From positions 1-35,173 of the forward strand of contig JADGQJ010000003.1 in assembly GCA_017881885.1 (NCBI GenBank): DNA of 35,173 bases. The letters are read 5' to 3'. Shown here piece after piece: positions 17,734-27,051 of the stretch. Below the pieces are notes generated by a model. That model was not told where the DNA came from and ran no database searches. It was given only the letters and a program-made list of their open reading frames with translations. This stretch comes from Chloroflexota bacterium (GTDB lineage: Bacteria > Chloroflexota > Limnocylindria > Limnocylindrales > CSP1-4). Made by a program: the position numbers and the translations under genes. The stretch's first letter is position 1. Each line of letters starts with the position of its first letter.

Positions 17734-20190
17734 TCAAAGAGCCACCACCGTGGCACCGTCTCCGCCCTCCCCTCGCCCACCGCCGCGCCACGATTTGACG
17801 AGCGGATGGCCCGCGGCGTAGTCCCGAACGGCGTCGCGCAGAGCTCCGGTTCCGAGCCCGTGGATGATCGTGACCTGATCGAGGCCGGCCAGGGATGCGT
17901 CGTCGAGGTAGCGGTCCAGGACCTCGAGCGCCTCGACGACCTTGGCGCCGCGAAGATCCAACGAGGACGCGACCGTGCGGGCACGATCCAGCTGCAGTCG
18001 CGAAGCGGCGCCGGGTGACCCGCTGTCTGTCCTCGGCGTCGATCGGCCGCCCGTCCGGCTGCCGGCCGCGGAGGTCTCCCCTTCTCCACCGACGGCCTGC
18101 TCGAGGTCGTCCGTCGGCACAGTCACTCTTATGCCGCCGGCCTCCAGAGTGGCCCGGCGGCCGCCCTTCTCCAGCGCTGCAATGCGACCCTCCCAGCCGC
18201 CGCTGATGCTGCGAGCGCGCATTCCGGTTCGCCAGGCAATCGCAGTCGGGGACGCCGTTCGCACCGGTTCGGGCTCGGTCGCCGGCAGGCGCTCGAGTTG
18301 TGCCTGCGCCCGCTCGAGGCCTTCGTCCAGGCTGCGCTGAGTGACCGTCTCGCGGTCGAGGTGGCGGCGCATGGTGCGGACCTCGCCACGTACCTCGTCG
18401 ACAAGCCGCTCGGCTTCGTCGCGCGCGGCCTTGACCGATTCGTCCCGCTCGCGTCGCGCCTTGCGTCGCTCGTCCTCGGCAACGACAAGCGCGGCCTTCG
18501 CCCGCTCCTCGGCAAGCCTCGCTCGCGCCAGCGCCTCCGCCGTCTCCAGCTCAGTGGTCTTTATCGAGGCCAGTGTTTCCTCGAACGCCTGCTGTTCGTC
18601 CGTCAGGCGCGCCCGAGCGTCGGCCACGAGAGCCGCCGGCAGCCCTAGCCGTTCGGCTATCGCGAACGCCTGGCTCTGACCGGGCAGCCCGATCGACAGA
18701 CGGTAGGTCGGGCGCAGCGTCTCCACGTCGAACTCCACGGAGGCGTTGCGGGCCTGCGGGGTGGTGTGCGCGTACAGCTTCAACTCGGCGTAGTGCGTCG
18801 TGGCGGCGACCAGCGCGCCGGCCTTGATGAAGTGATCGAGCAGGGACTGGGCCAGCGCGGAGCCCTCGGTCGGGTCCGTTCCGGCACCGAGCTCGTCCAG
18901 CAGCACCAGATGGTTGGGTCCCGCCGATTCGACGATGCGGACGATGGAGCGAAGATGCCCGCTGAAGGTGGAAAGCGACTGCGCGACAGACTGCTCGTCG
19001 CCGATGTCGGCATAGATGTCGAGCAGGACCGGCAGCTTCGTGCCCGCGTCGGCCGGCACGTGTAGCCCGGCCTGATGCATCAGATTGAGCAGACCGAGTG
19101 TTCGAAGCGCCACCGTCTTGCCGCCCGTGTTCGGACCGGTGATCAGCAGGGCCGTGTAACCGTCGCCGAGGCGGATGTCGATCGGCACGACTCGGCCAGA
19201 TAGACCCGGATGGCGCGCTCCGAGCATCACGATCTCGGGCCGGGCGGCGATTTCGGCCGGTATGGCGTCCATCTCTTCCGCAAGGCGTGCCTTGGCCGCC
19301 CAGAAGTCGAACCGTGCCAAGGCGTCGAGCGTCTCGCGGAGCGGCTGAACCTGCCCTGCCACCAGCATCGACAGTTCGTCGAGGATGCGCTCCACCTCGA
19401 CCTGCTCGGCCACCTGCGCCTCGCGCCAGGCATTGCCGAGTTCCACCGCCACGAGCGGCTCCACAAACAGGGTCTGGCCGCTGCCGGAGGCGTCGTGGAC
19501 GATGCCCTTGACCCGCGCCCGGGAGTCGGCCCGGACCGGGATCACATACCGGCCGCTACGCAGGGTCACCAGCGGCTCCTGGAGCGCGCCTGATAGCTCG
19601 CCCGAGTGAACCAGCTGATCCAGCCGGGTCCGCAACCGGTCGTAGGCGATGCGCACGGCTCGTCGCAAACCGCCGAGACGCGGCGACGCCGTGTCCAACA
19701 GGTCGCCGGTCGGATCGAAGCTACGGCCCAGCACGCTTCGCAGGCCCGGCAGCGGATGGATCTCATGCGCCAGGTCGTGCAGCAGAGGCCTGCGATCGCT
19801 CGACAGCGCCTCCGCAAGGCGAGAGGCGGCCTCGAGGGTGGATTGGATATCGATGAAATGCGCCGCATCGAGGCGGCCGCCGCGAGCGGCGCGCTCCAGC
19901 CACGGTCCGATGTCCTTGCTGCCGCCGATTCCGGCACCGGGATGTCCGGCCACGAAAGCCCGAGTCTGCGTGGTCTCGTCGAGGCCGCGGGCCACGATCA
20001 CCGGATCTGTCGAGGGCTCGAGGGTCTCGGCCAGGCGCCGGCCGGGCGCGAACCCGGTCGCAGCGGCCAGGCGGGCGCGAACGAGAGGAAACTCCAGGAG
20101 CGCCATCGAGCGCCGGTCCATCTGGTGGCCCTGGCCGCCTGTCGCCGGCGAGACCGCGACGCTCGCCTTGTCGGGCTCCGGGGTCGTCAT
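17734..20190 (-). CDS. mutS2: MutS2 (RqcU) ATPase with C-terminal Smr domain
   Basis: HDASGSGQTLFVEP, ITGPNTGGKT, DIGDEQS..QSLSTFSGH, DELGAGTDP.EG, TTHY, Smr LDLRG/IIHGLGTG.LR. ATGA overlap with mpg; alternative start 20121. Confidence 0.96.
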   Translation of the reverse strand: MTTPEPDKASVAVSPATGGQGHQMDRRSMALLEFPLVRARLAAATGFAPGRRLAETLEPSTDPVIVARGLDETTQTRAFVAGHPGAGIGGSKDIGPWLERAARGGRLDAAHFIDIQSTLEAASRLAEALSSDRRPLLHDLAHEIHPLPGLRSVLGRSFDPTGDLLDTASPRLGGLRRAVRIAYDRLRTRLDQLVHSGELSGALQEPLVTLRSGRYVIPVRADSRARVKGIVHDASGSGQTLFVEPLVAVELGNAWREAQVAEQVEVERILDELSMLVAGQVQPLRETLDALARFDFWAAKARLAEEMDAIPAEIAARPEIVMLGARHPGLSGRVVPIDIRLGDGYTALLITGPNTGGKTVALRTLGLLNLMHQAGLHVPADAGTKLPVLLDIYADIGDEQSVAQSLSTFSGHLRSIVRIVESAGPNHLVLLDELGAGTDPTEGSALAQSLLDHFIKAGALVAATTHYAELKLYAHTTPQARNASVEFDVETLRPTYRLSIGLPGQSQAFAIAERLGLPAALVADARARLTDEQQAFEETLASIKTTELETAEALARARLAEERAKAALVVAEDERRKARRERDESVKAARDEAERLVDEVRGEVRTMRRHLDRETVTQRSLDEGLERAQAQLERLPATEPEPVRTASPTAIAWRTGMRARSISGGWEGRIAALEKGGRRATLEAGGIRVTVPTDDLEQAVGGEGETSAAGSRTGGRSTPRTDSGSPGAASRLQLDRARTVASSLDLRGAKVVEALEVLDRYLDDASLAGLDQVTIIHGLGTGALRDAVRDYAAGHPLVKSWRGGGRGEGGDGATVVAL

Positions 20191-20912
20191 CGCCGCGTCC
20201 TCGGTCCCGACACAGCCGGGTTGCCTGCCGCCCAGACTCGCCACGGCATGCCGAGCCAGGGCTCCGGGGCGTAGCCGATGCCGATCCGCGGCCCATACGC
20301 TCGCTCCAGGGGCGAGTCGCCCGGAGCAGCAAGTTCCAGATGCAGCGGGGACGCCGGGTCGCACAGATCCGCGCCGCCATCCTCACGTCCTATCGAGAAG
20401 GCGGCACACACAAGGCCGGGTCCGGAGGCCAGACGCGCGGCCGGCAATGCGGCCACTCTCTGGCGGGCGGTATCTGCGCGCGCGGCATCCTCCACCGAGG
20501 CGTTCCGGCGGTCGGCCCGGCCGCGGGCGCGCCCGGCAGCTCGCTCCTCGCGGGCGTGGCGCATCAGGTCCACTCCCTCGAGAGGCTCGATCGACCGCAC
20601 GAGCAGGGCCGCGGCACGTCCGCTGGGTTCAATCACAACGTTCAAGCAGTCGTACATCCCATAGACAAGGTACACGTAGGCGTGGCCGGGCGGGCCGAAC
20701 ATGACGGCGTTGCGGCTCGTCCTGCCGAAGCGCGCGTGGGAGGCCATGTCGTCCGGACCTGCGTACGCTTCGAGTTCCACGATCCTGCCAACTCTTACGC
20801 CCGAAGCGTCGTTTCGGACCAGTCGGGCGCCGAGAAGCGCGGTTGCAGCCGCCAGGCCATATCGGGCCAGCAGGTCGCGAGGGTAGGCGTTCTGGAACGA
20901 GGCGGGCGTCAC
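20187..20912 (-). CDS. mpg: DNA-3-methyladenine glycosylase (MPG/AAG family)
   Basis: GRIVELEAY.G..D.ASH, MFGPPGHAYVYLVYGMY.CLNVV, A.L.RSIEP, L.SGPG..C.A, PRIGI, PWR. Start approximate (GTG 20912). Confidence 0.93.
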   Translation of the reverse strand: MTPASFQNAYPRDLLARYGLAAATALLGARLVRNDASGVRVGRIVELEAYAGPDDMASHARFGRTSRNAVMFGPPGHAYVYLVYGMYDCLNVVIEPSGRAAALLVRSIEPLEGVDLMRHAREERAAGRARGRADRRNASVEDAARADTARQRVAALPAARLASGPGLVCAAFSIGREDGGADLCDPASPLHLELAAPGDSPLERAYGPRIGIGYAPEPWLGMPWRVWAAGNPAVSGPRTRR

Positions 20913-20929
20913 GAAGCCGAACGGATGGC

Positions 20930-21499
20930 TCAGGGGAAGAGCGCGACCAGATCGCTCGGCAGCAGCCACGCGAGCAGATGCATAACCACCGGCACCACGG
21001 TGTCAAGGATCGCGGCTCCGATGTGTGATTGGGTAATCAGCAGGTCGTGGACCCATCGCAGCTGGCCGATTTCATCCGGAAATGGAGCCGGCATCGTATA
21101 GGAGCCGAGGATGGCGACCGCGATCGTGAGGACGACGAGCGCTTCGAGCAAGCCCAACAGGCCGCCGACGATGTCGTCGAGGATCGGGTGAGCCGCCGAA
21201 AGCTCGGTGTGCTTGTAGAAACCCTGGATCAGGATCGAAAAGCCGACCGTGAGGACGACGAAGAGCAGCCCGAAGGCAATCAGGTGGTTATAGCCGGACG
21301 GGTACTGCTGCCAGTGGTCTGCGAGGTAGTCGCCGACGGGATTTCTCAGGTTGGCTGAAACGAGAAATGCGAACACGATCGACACGATCCCGAGGATCCG
21401 CCGGATGGCGCCCTGCATGACGCCGACGATGAACGCCCCAAGCAGGACGATCAGGATCGCCAGATCGACCAGTGGCGCTGACTGGATTGCTCCGATCAT
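20930..21499 (-). CDS. cvpA: CvpA family membrane protein
   Basis: D..I...L......G...G pattern, LDDIVGGLLGLL motif, 4 TM helices; GAGGGAG RBS before ATG 21499; typical context before mutS2. Confidence 0.85.
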   Translation of the reverse strand: MIGAIQSAPLVDLAILIVLLGAFIVGVMQGAIRRILGIVSIVFAFLVSANLRNPVGDYLADHWQQYPSGYNHLIAFGLLFVVLTVGFSILIQGFYKHTELSAAHPILDDIVGGLLGLLEALVVLTIAVAILGSYTMPAPFPDEIGQLRWVHDLLITQSHIGAAILDTVVPVVMHLLAWLLPSDLVALFP

Positions 21500-21583
21500 C
21501 GGTCTCCCTCGCATCGTCGAGGCGGACAAAGCCTCCCGGCCGCGAACTCGGCCACGTTGGCCGCCTCCGAACCGCCGTGGTCC

Positions 21584-21592
21584 ACCTTAGCA
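21584..21592 (-). promoter_or_regulatory. Extended -10 promoter candidate for cvpA-mpg-mutS2
   Basis: Minus strand TG-C-TAAGGT about 85 nt upstream of the cvpA start. Confidence 0.4.
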
Positions 21593-21686
21593 GCGCTCAG
21601 GTCGCGGGTCCAACAGGCAACGGTACCGGCCTGCATGCGAACCCGGACCGCGCCCGCCAATTCGGCCGGCCCCGCGGGCGGCCAAG

Positions 21687-24188
21687 CTAGCTGCGGATAT
21701 GTGCGCCCAAGTCGGTTTCGAGGCCCTTGCGGACCGCTTCCATTGCCGCGTCCGCTTCGCCTTCGGTCAGGGTCCGGTCCTTCGACCCGAGCACAAGCCG
21801 GTAGGCCAGACTCTTCTCGGTGGCCGCAAGTGGCATTCCGCGATATCGATCAAACAGGCGGACGTGGCGCAGCAGCCTGCCGCCGTGACTGCGGATCGTG
21901 GCCTCAACTTCTGCGGCCGTCCGCGATTCGGCGACGATCACGGCCAGGTCGCGCTCGACTTCGGGAAACCGCGGAATCGGCTCGACGTGCACGCGCAGCG
22001 GCGTTGCAGCGTCCAACCCGGCGACGGCGAGCTCGGCCACGATCACCCGCTGCGCGCGAAGATCCCACGCCGCCAGCGCTTCGGGGTGTAGCTCCGCCAG
22101 GCGCCCAGCGACTGCCTCGTTCTCCGACTCCTGCCGGGCGACGAGTGCACGGCCGGGATGGAACGGGAAGCCACGAGCATCGGGAACGTATGACGGCTCG
22201 GCGAGGCCCAGACGACGGCACAGCAACTCGACGATACCCTTCGCGTCGTCGAGGTCGTACGAGCGGGCAACGCGGTTCCAGGCCGCGGGCTCGGCCGCGC
22301 CGGTCAGCAGGAACGCGAGACGGGTCCATTCGCGCGGCTTGCCGTCTATACGGGCGTAGTGCTTGCCGATCTCGAAGATCGCGACGTCGGGGCGGCCCTG
22401 GCGCTCGTTCAGCGAGAGAACGTCGAGCAGGCTGGCCGCCAGATGCCGTCTCAGGACCGAATGCTGAGCGGAGAGCGGGTTCGTGACCGCGATCTCTTCA
22501 CCCGACTGGGCTGCCAGGCCCCCAGGCAGAGCCGGTGCGGTGGCATCGTCGGGCCATTGCAGCTTAGCCTCGTCCGGCGCCGCAACGAGAGCGTGGGTGA
22601 CGACTTCGCTCAATCCGGCACCGGCGAGGGTCTCGCGAATGAGGTCCCGGACCCGCAGAGGTGACGGCCGATAAGCCGGCATGAGCGTGTCCGGAAGGTG
22701 CGCTGGCGTGGTCTCGTAGCCGCGGACGCGGGCGACCTCCTCCGCGACGTCGGCCTCGATCGCCATGTCGCGCCGCCATGTCGGGACCACGGCGATGAGG
22801 ATCTCTTCGGACCCAGGATTGACCACGAGCGGCTTCGGTTCGACGGCCACCTGGATCCGCGTCCCCGACGGTGCCGATTCGGTCTCGACCCCGACCCGCA
22901 GCAGAAGCGCCCGCTGCTCTTCGCCCGAAATCTCGGCGCCGAGAAGTCTGCTGACGCGGGCCGGTCGGAACGCCAGCCTGGCAGATGCCGGTTCCGTCGG
23001 TGCCGTGTCGACGCGTCCCTTGGAGGCCGAGCCGCCGGCCCACGCCAGGGTCAGCTGGGCGACCCGATCCGCGCCGATTCGTGCGAGCCTGAATTCCTGG
23101 CCCTTTTCGAAGCGAAGACTCGCCTCGGAGCGCAAGGCGTACCGATGGCCCGTTCGACGGATGCTCACCGGGTCAAAGACGGCCGACTCGATCGCGATCT
23201 CGGTGGTCGCGTCGGTGATCTCGCTCTCGGCTCCGCCCATGACGCCGGCAATGCCGATTGGGCCGGAGGGATCGGCGATGATCAGCGTATCCGGCGTCAG
23301 TTCGCGATCGACGTGATCGAGCGTCTCGAGCCGCTCCCCGGGCAGGGCGCGTCGGACGATGATGGTCCCCTCGCGGACCGCGGCGCCGTTGAAGGTGTGC
23401 GTCGGCTTGCCGAGTTCGAGCATCACGAAGTTGGATGCGTCGACGACATTGCTGACCGGCCGCATCCCTGCGGCCTGGAGCCGCATCTGGATCCAATCCG
23501 GGGAGGGCGCGATCTTGACGCCGCTGATCCACCGGCCCACGAACCTGGTGCACAGTTCCGGCTCTCGAACCTCGACCCTCAGGCGATCGGCAACAGGCCC
23601 GCCCGTCTCCTCGACGGCGATCTCGGGCCAGCGGACCGGGGCGCCGGTCGCGGCCGACACCTCGCGGGCCAGGCCCACCAGGCACAGGACGTCGCCACGG
23701 TTCGGTTTGACGTCCACGTCCAGGACGACGTCGCCGTAGAGGTCCGAGAGTTCGATGCCCAGCTGTGTCGAAGGCGGCAGGATCAGGATCCCCTCGGCGT
23801 CGCTCGTGATGTGCAGCTCGTCGCCGGAACAGAGCATTCCCTCGGAAGCTATGCCCATCTTCTCGGTCCGCTCGATGCGGCGGTCGCCGGGCAGAACGGC
23901 GCCCGGCAGAGCGACCGGCACCCGCTGGCCCGGGGCGATGTTGTTGGCCCCGCAGACGATGTGCAGCGGCTCGCCCGAGCCCACGTTGACGGTGGTCAGG
24001 TGGAGTCGGTCGGCGTGAGGATGCTTCTCGACGGTGAGGAGCTCGCCAACTACTACCGAGCGCCAATCGGCACCCCACTGCTCGACACCCTTGACTTCCA
24101 TGCCGAGGAGCGTCAGCCGCTCTGCGAGTTGCTCGGGCGACATCTGGACATCGACGTACTCACGAAGCCAGCTGAGCGGGACTCTCAT
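21687..24188 (-). CDS. pheT: Phenylalanine--tRNA ligase beta subunit
   Basis: MRVPLSWLREYV, HPHADRL, IVCGA.N, SEGMLCS, PNRGD.L, RFEKG, PTWRRD, EEVARV.GY, C-terminal FDX-ACB domain (RFP.VERDLA, KSLAYRL). Confidence 0.97.
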   Translation of the reverse strand: MRVPLSWLREYVDVQMSPEQLAERLTLLGMEVKGVEQWGADWRSVVVGELLTVEKHPHADRLHLTTVNVGSGEPLHIVCGANNIAPGQRVPVALPGAVLPGDRRIERTEKMGIASEGMLCSGDELHITSDAEGILILPPSTQLGIELSDLYGDVVLDVDVKPNRGDVLCLVGLAREVSAATGAPVRWPEIAVEETGGPVADRLRVEVREPELCTRFVGRWISGVKIAPSPDWIQMRLQAAGMRPVSNVVDASNFVMLELGKPTHTFNGAAVREGTIIVRRALPGERLETLDHVDRELTPDTLIIADPSGPIGIAGVMGGAESEITDATTEIAIESAVFDPVSIRRTGHRYALRSEASLRFEKGQEFRLARIGADRVAQLTLAWAGGSASKGRVDTAPTEPASARLAFRPARVSRLLGAEISGEEQRALLLRVGVETESAPSGTRIQVAVEPKPLVVNPGSEEILIAVVPTWRRDMAIEADVAEEVARVRGYETTPAHLPDTLMPAYRPSPLRVRDLIRETLAGAGLSEVVTHALVAAPDEAKLQWPDDATAPALPGGLAAQSGEEIAVTNPLSAQHSVLRRHLAASLLDVLSLNERQGRPDVAIFEIGKHYARIDGKPREWTRLAFLLTGAAEPAAWNRVARSYDLDDAKGIVELLCRRLGLAEPSYVPDARGFPFHPGRALVARQESENEAVAGRLAELHPEALAAWDLRAQRVIVAELAVAGLDAATPLRVHVEPIPRFPEVERDLAVIVAESRTAAEVEATIRSHGGRLLRHVRLFDRYRGMPLAATEKSLAYRLVLGSKDRTLTEGEADAAMEAVRKGLETDLGAHIRS

Positions 24189-25228
24189 CGGAACTGCTCC
24201 AGGAAGCGCAGATCGTTCTCGAGGTAGTAGCGGAGATCCGGCACGGCATGGCGCAGGTTGGAGATTCGCTCGACGCCCATGCCGAACGCGAAGCCCTGAT
24301 ACCGCTCGGGGTCGATGCCGCCGTATTGGAGGACGACGGGATGGACCATTCCGGCGCCCAGGATCGTCATCCAGCCGGTCTTCGAGCAGGCCGGGCAGCC
24401 CACGCCGCCACAGACTACGCACTCGACGTCGAACGCCACCGATGGCTCGGTGAAGGGGTAGTAACCCGGCCGGAAGCGCGTCTTGCGCGGCCCGAAGAGA
24501 GCATGGGCGAACTCGTCGAGCAGACCCTTCAGGTCCGCCATCGAAGTCCCCTCGTCCACCATCAGGCCTTCGACCTGGAAGAACTCGAAGCCGTGGCTGG
24601 CATCCACCGCCTCATACCGGAAGCAGCGTCCCGGAAGGAGCGCTCGGATCGGCGGCTTGGTCGACTGCATGACGCGGATCTGGCCCGGGCTGGTGTGGGT
24701 CCGCAACAGGTGGCCCGGAATGTCGACGTACAGCGTGTCCCATAGGTCGCGCGCCGGGTGATCGGGAGCGATGTTGAGCATCTGGAAGTTAGTCAGATCG
24801 TCCTCGACCTCGGGCCCTTCGTAGACCACGAAGCCGAATTGTCCGAAGACCTCGGCGATGGCGGCGATCGTCTCGGGGATCGGGTGAAGCGTGCCGCGGG
24901 GAACGGTGCGACCAGGAAGGGTCACATCCACGCTCTCGGCCGCCAGTCGCTGAGCCTGAACCACGGAGCGGAGTTCGAGGCCACGTTCGGACAGCGCCGT
25001 CTTGACGGCCTCTCCGATCTCGTTCGCGACGGCCCCGACGCGCGGCCGATCTTCCGCCGGCAACGCGCCGATGCCCCGCAGCACAGCCGTCAGATCGCCC
25101 TTCTTGCCGAGGTACTGGATCTGCAGCTGGTCGAGTGCCGCGGGATCCGCCGCTTTGGCGATCTCGGCCAGGGCCAGATCCTTGAGGCGATGCAGATCGC
25201 CGCTCAGGCTCTCGAAGTCCACGCTCAC
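24185..25228 (-). CDS. pheS: Phenylalanine--tRNA ligase alpha subunit
   Basis: YLGKKG, NF..LN...DHPAR...DT, LLRTHTSP.Q.R, F.QVEGL, RFRP.YYPFTEPS, CxxC..GCxxC, GAGMVHP, GFAFGMG.ER. GAGGA RBS; start GTG 25228 or 25222. Confidence 0.97.
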   Translation of the reverse strand: MSVDFESLSGDLHRLKDLALAEIAKAADPAALDQLQIQYLGKKGDLTAVLRGIGALPAEDRPRVGAVANEIGEAVKTALSERGLELRSVVQAQRLAAESVDVTLPGRTVPRGTLHPIPETIAAIAEVFGQFGFVVYEGPEVEDDLTNFQMLNIAPDHPARDLWDTLYVDIPGHLLRTHTSPGQIRVMQSTKPPIRALLPGRCFRYEAVDASHGFEFFQVEGLMVDEGTSMADLKGLLDEFAHALFGPRKTRFRPGYYPFTEPSVAFDVECVVCGGVGCPACSKTGWMTILGAGMVHPVVLQYGGIDPERYQGFAFGMGVERISNLRHAVPDLRYYLENDLRFLEQFR

Positions 25229-25285
25229 GTTTCCTCGTCCTCTCGCCGAGCCGAGCGGCTCGGCGTCCTCCAAGTGTTGCACCAG

Positions 25286-25592
25286 GAATCTAGAACCCTC
25301 GACCGTCCGCGTCCCGTTCGGACACGGGGACGAGTCGAGGGCTCGCGGTACCACCCCGCTTCCCGGGCGGCAGACGGGCCGTCAGGGCGCTCTTGTGGGG
25401 CCCGATATCGGGGGCCGATCGGTTCGCCTACTTGCCGGGACGCCTGGACGTCGAGGGTTCTGCGAACGGCTCCGGAGCGAACCGGCGAGATCGATCCGAG
25501 ATGGGCTTCCAGTCGCCGACCCGTCCTCCCTGGTGGATCTCGAGTCAGAGCGCAAAGGCCCTGGCACTCGCCTCTTCTCCGTCGTCGCCTTG
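25286..25592 (-). promoter_or_regulatory. T-box riboswitch, Phe-specific (UUC specifier)
   Basis: T-box AAGCGGGGUGGUACCGCG (25361-25344). Antiterminator GGGG/CCCC plus GCGAG/CUCGU. Terminator CCCUCGAC/GUCGAGGG. Stem I with AG box CAGGGAG, GACUGG loop, and specifier UUC at 25481-25479. Confidence 0.9.
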
Positions 25593-25630
25593 CTCTATTT
25601 CGGACCCGACCGTCTCCGGCCGGCGGAGAC

Positions 25631-25987
25631 TCAGGCCGACGCTTTTCCGGCGACAGCCACGATCTGTGCAAATGCGGGAGCGTCGCGAACGGCAAGATCG
25701 GCCAGGATCTTGCGATCGAGATCGATATTCGCGGCCTTGAGGCCGGCGATCAGCTTGCCGTAGGTCATGCCGTTGAGGCGAGCCGCCGCGTTGATCCGAA
25801 TGACCCACAGCTGACGCATCTGACGCTTGCGCTGCTTGCGATCCCGGGTCGCGTAGGCCAGCGCGTGGAGCATCGACTCATGGGCACGCTTGACGAGCTT
25901 GGAGTTCGTGCCGGAACGGCCCTCGGCATCCTTGAGGAGGCGCTTGTGTCGGTGGTGGGCGGTTACGCCCCGCTTTACGCGTGACAT
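25631..25987 (-). CDS. rplT: 50S ribosomal protein bL20
   Basis: [41 protein letters not shown]. Confidence 0.98.
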   Translation of the reverse strand: MSRVKRGVTAHHRHKRLLKDAEGRSGTNSKLVKRAHESMLHALAYATRDRKQRKRQMRQLWVIRINAAARLNGMTYGKLIAGLKAANIDLDRKILADLAVRDAPAFAQIVAVAGKASA

Positions 25988-25993
25988 CTAAGC

Positions 25994-26197
25994 TCAGGCT
26001 CCCAGGTACGGCAGCAGCCGGCGGATCTGATCAAGGGACTCGGGGCTCACGAGCGCTTTGCCGTCGTATCGGCGGGCACGTCGTGAGGACTTCAGCTCGA
26101 GGTGGTGTCCGCGCCACGACTTGACACGGTACGCCTTGCCACCGCCGGTGACCCCGATCCGTTTCTGGGTCCCCTTGTGGCTCTTCATCTTGGGCAC
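25994..26197 (-). CDS. rpmI: 50S ribosomal protein bL35
   Basis: MPKMKSHKG..KR..VTG.GK, H.LE.KS, LLPY; located between infC and rplT; GTG start. Confidence 0.96.
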   Translation of the reverse strand: MPKMKSHKGTQKRIGVTGGGKAYRVKSWRGHHLELKSSRRARRYDGKALVSPESLDQIRRLLPYLGA

Positions 26198-26198
26198 G

Positions 26199-26912
26199 TC
26201 AGTTCACCTTCCCAGTTGACGCCGCGCCGGATTCCGGCTCGGGTCCGGGAGCCGCCGGACTGGCCGGGGTCTCCACTTTTGCTATTGCCACTGCGGCGTC
26301 ATTCGCTGTTGCCTCTACGGCGTCGAGTACCGGCGCCGCTTCTTCGTCTGTTCTGGCATGGCCCTTGGCTGCCGCCGCCGGTGTCGGCTCGTGCGTCTTG
26401 GGCTTGTGGACCGATGCAACGCTGATGTGCATCGACTTACCTTCGAGCAGCGGGAGCCGCTCAACCACGCCGTGTTCTTTGATCTGCTCCGCGAACTTGT
26501 CCAGCAGATCGCGACCGATCTGAGGATGGGTGAGCTCCCGTCCGCGGAACTGAACCGAAACCTTGACCCTGTCGCCTTCTTCCAGGAACTCGACCGCCCG
26601 TCGGACCTTTGTATCGAAGTCGCCGATCCCGATCTTGGGCTTGAGGCGGACTTCCTTGAAAGTGACGGAACGTTGCCGCCGCTTGGCTTCCTTTTCGCGC
26701 TTGGTCAGTTCGTACTTGTACTGACCGAAATCGAGGAGTCGCGCCACGGGAGGACTGGCCAGCGGTGCGACCTCCACCAGATCGAGCCCCCGCTCCTGCG
26801 CAAGCCTCAAGGCGTCTGCCGTTCGCATGACGCCAAGCTGGCTGCCGTCTTCGTCGACGAGCCGCACGTCGAACACGCGGATCATCTGATTTATGCGCAG
26901 GTCTCGGCTGAT
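26199..26912 (-). CDS. infC: Translation initiation factor IF-3, non-canonical ATC start, with C-terminal extension
   Basis: AAGAAGGGG RBS, then ATC AGC CGA GAC CTG CGC ATA AAT CAG ATG (ISRDLRINQMIR). Motifs LDLVEVAP.A.PPV, D.G.YKYE, KEVRLKPKI, FRGRE. Confidence 0.95.
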   Translation of the reverse strand: MSRDLRINQMIRVFDVRLVDEDGSQLGVMRTADALRLAQERGLDLVEVAPLASPPVARLLDFGQYKYELTKREKEAKRRQRSVTFKEVRLKPKIGIGDFDTKVRRAVEFLEEGDRVKVSVQFRGRELTHPQIGRDLLDKFAEQIKEHGVVERLPLLEGKSMHISVASVHKPKTHEPTPAAAAKGHARTDEEAAPVLDAVEATANDAAVAIAKVETPASPAAPGPEPESGAASTGKVN

Positions 26913-27021
26913 GGCGAACCCCTTCTTTACAGGTTCCGGTTACCGGCCGGCGGCGACTCCGTCCGGAGGCAGATGAGCGCGCCGACCCCGGGCACGGCTG
27001 CGCCGGGCGGTCGCCCGCGGG

Positions 27022-27051
27022 ACTATATCACAGGGATTCCGCGAGCGGCAA
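27022..27051 (-). promoter_or_regulatory. Sigma-70-type promoter of infC-rpmI-rplT-pheST
   Basis: TTGCCG (27051-27046), 18-nt spacer, TATAGT (27027-27022) with extended TG. Confidence 0.6.

Noticed and set aside
26913-27021. Possible L20 autoregulatory leader upstream of infC
   Set aside because: The position fits, but I cannot see the characteristic Firmicute L20-leader sequence; it needs a covariance-model search.
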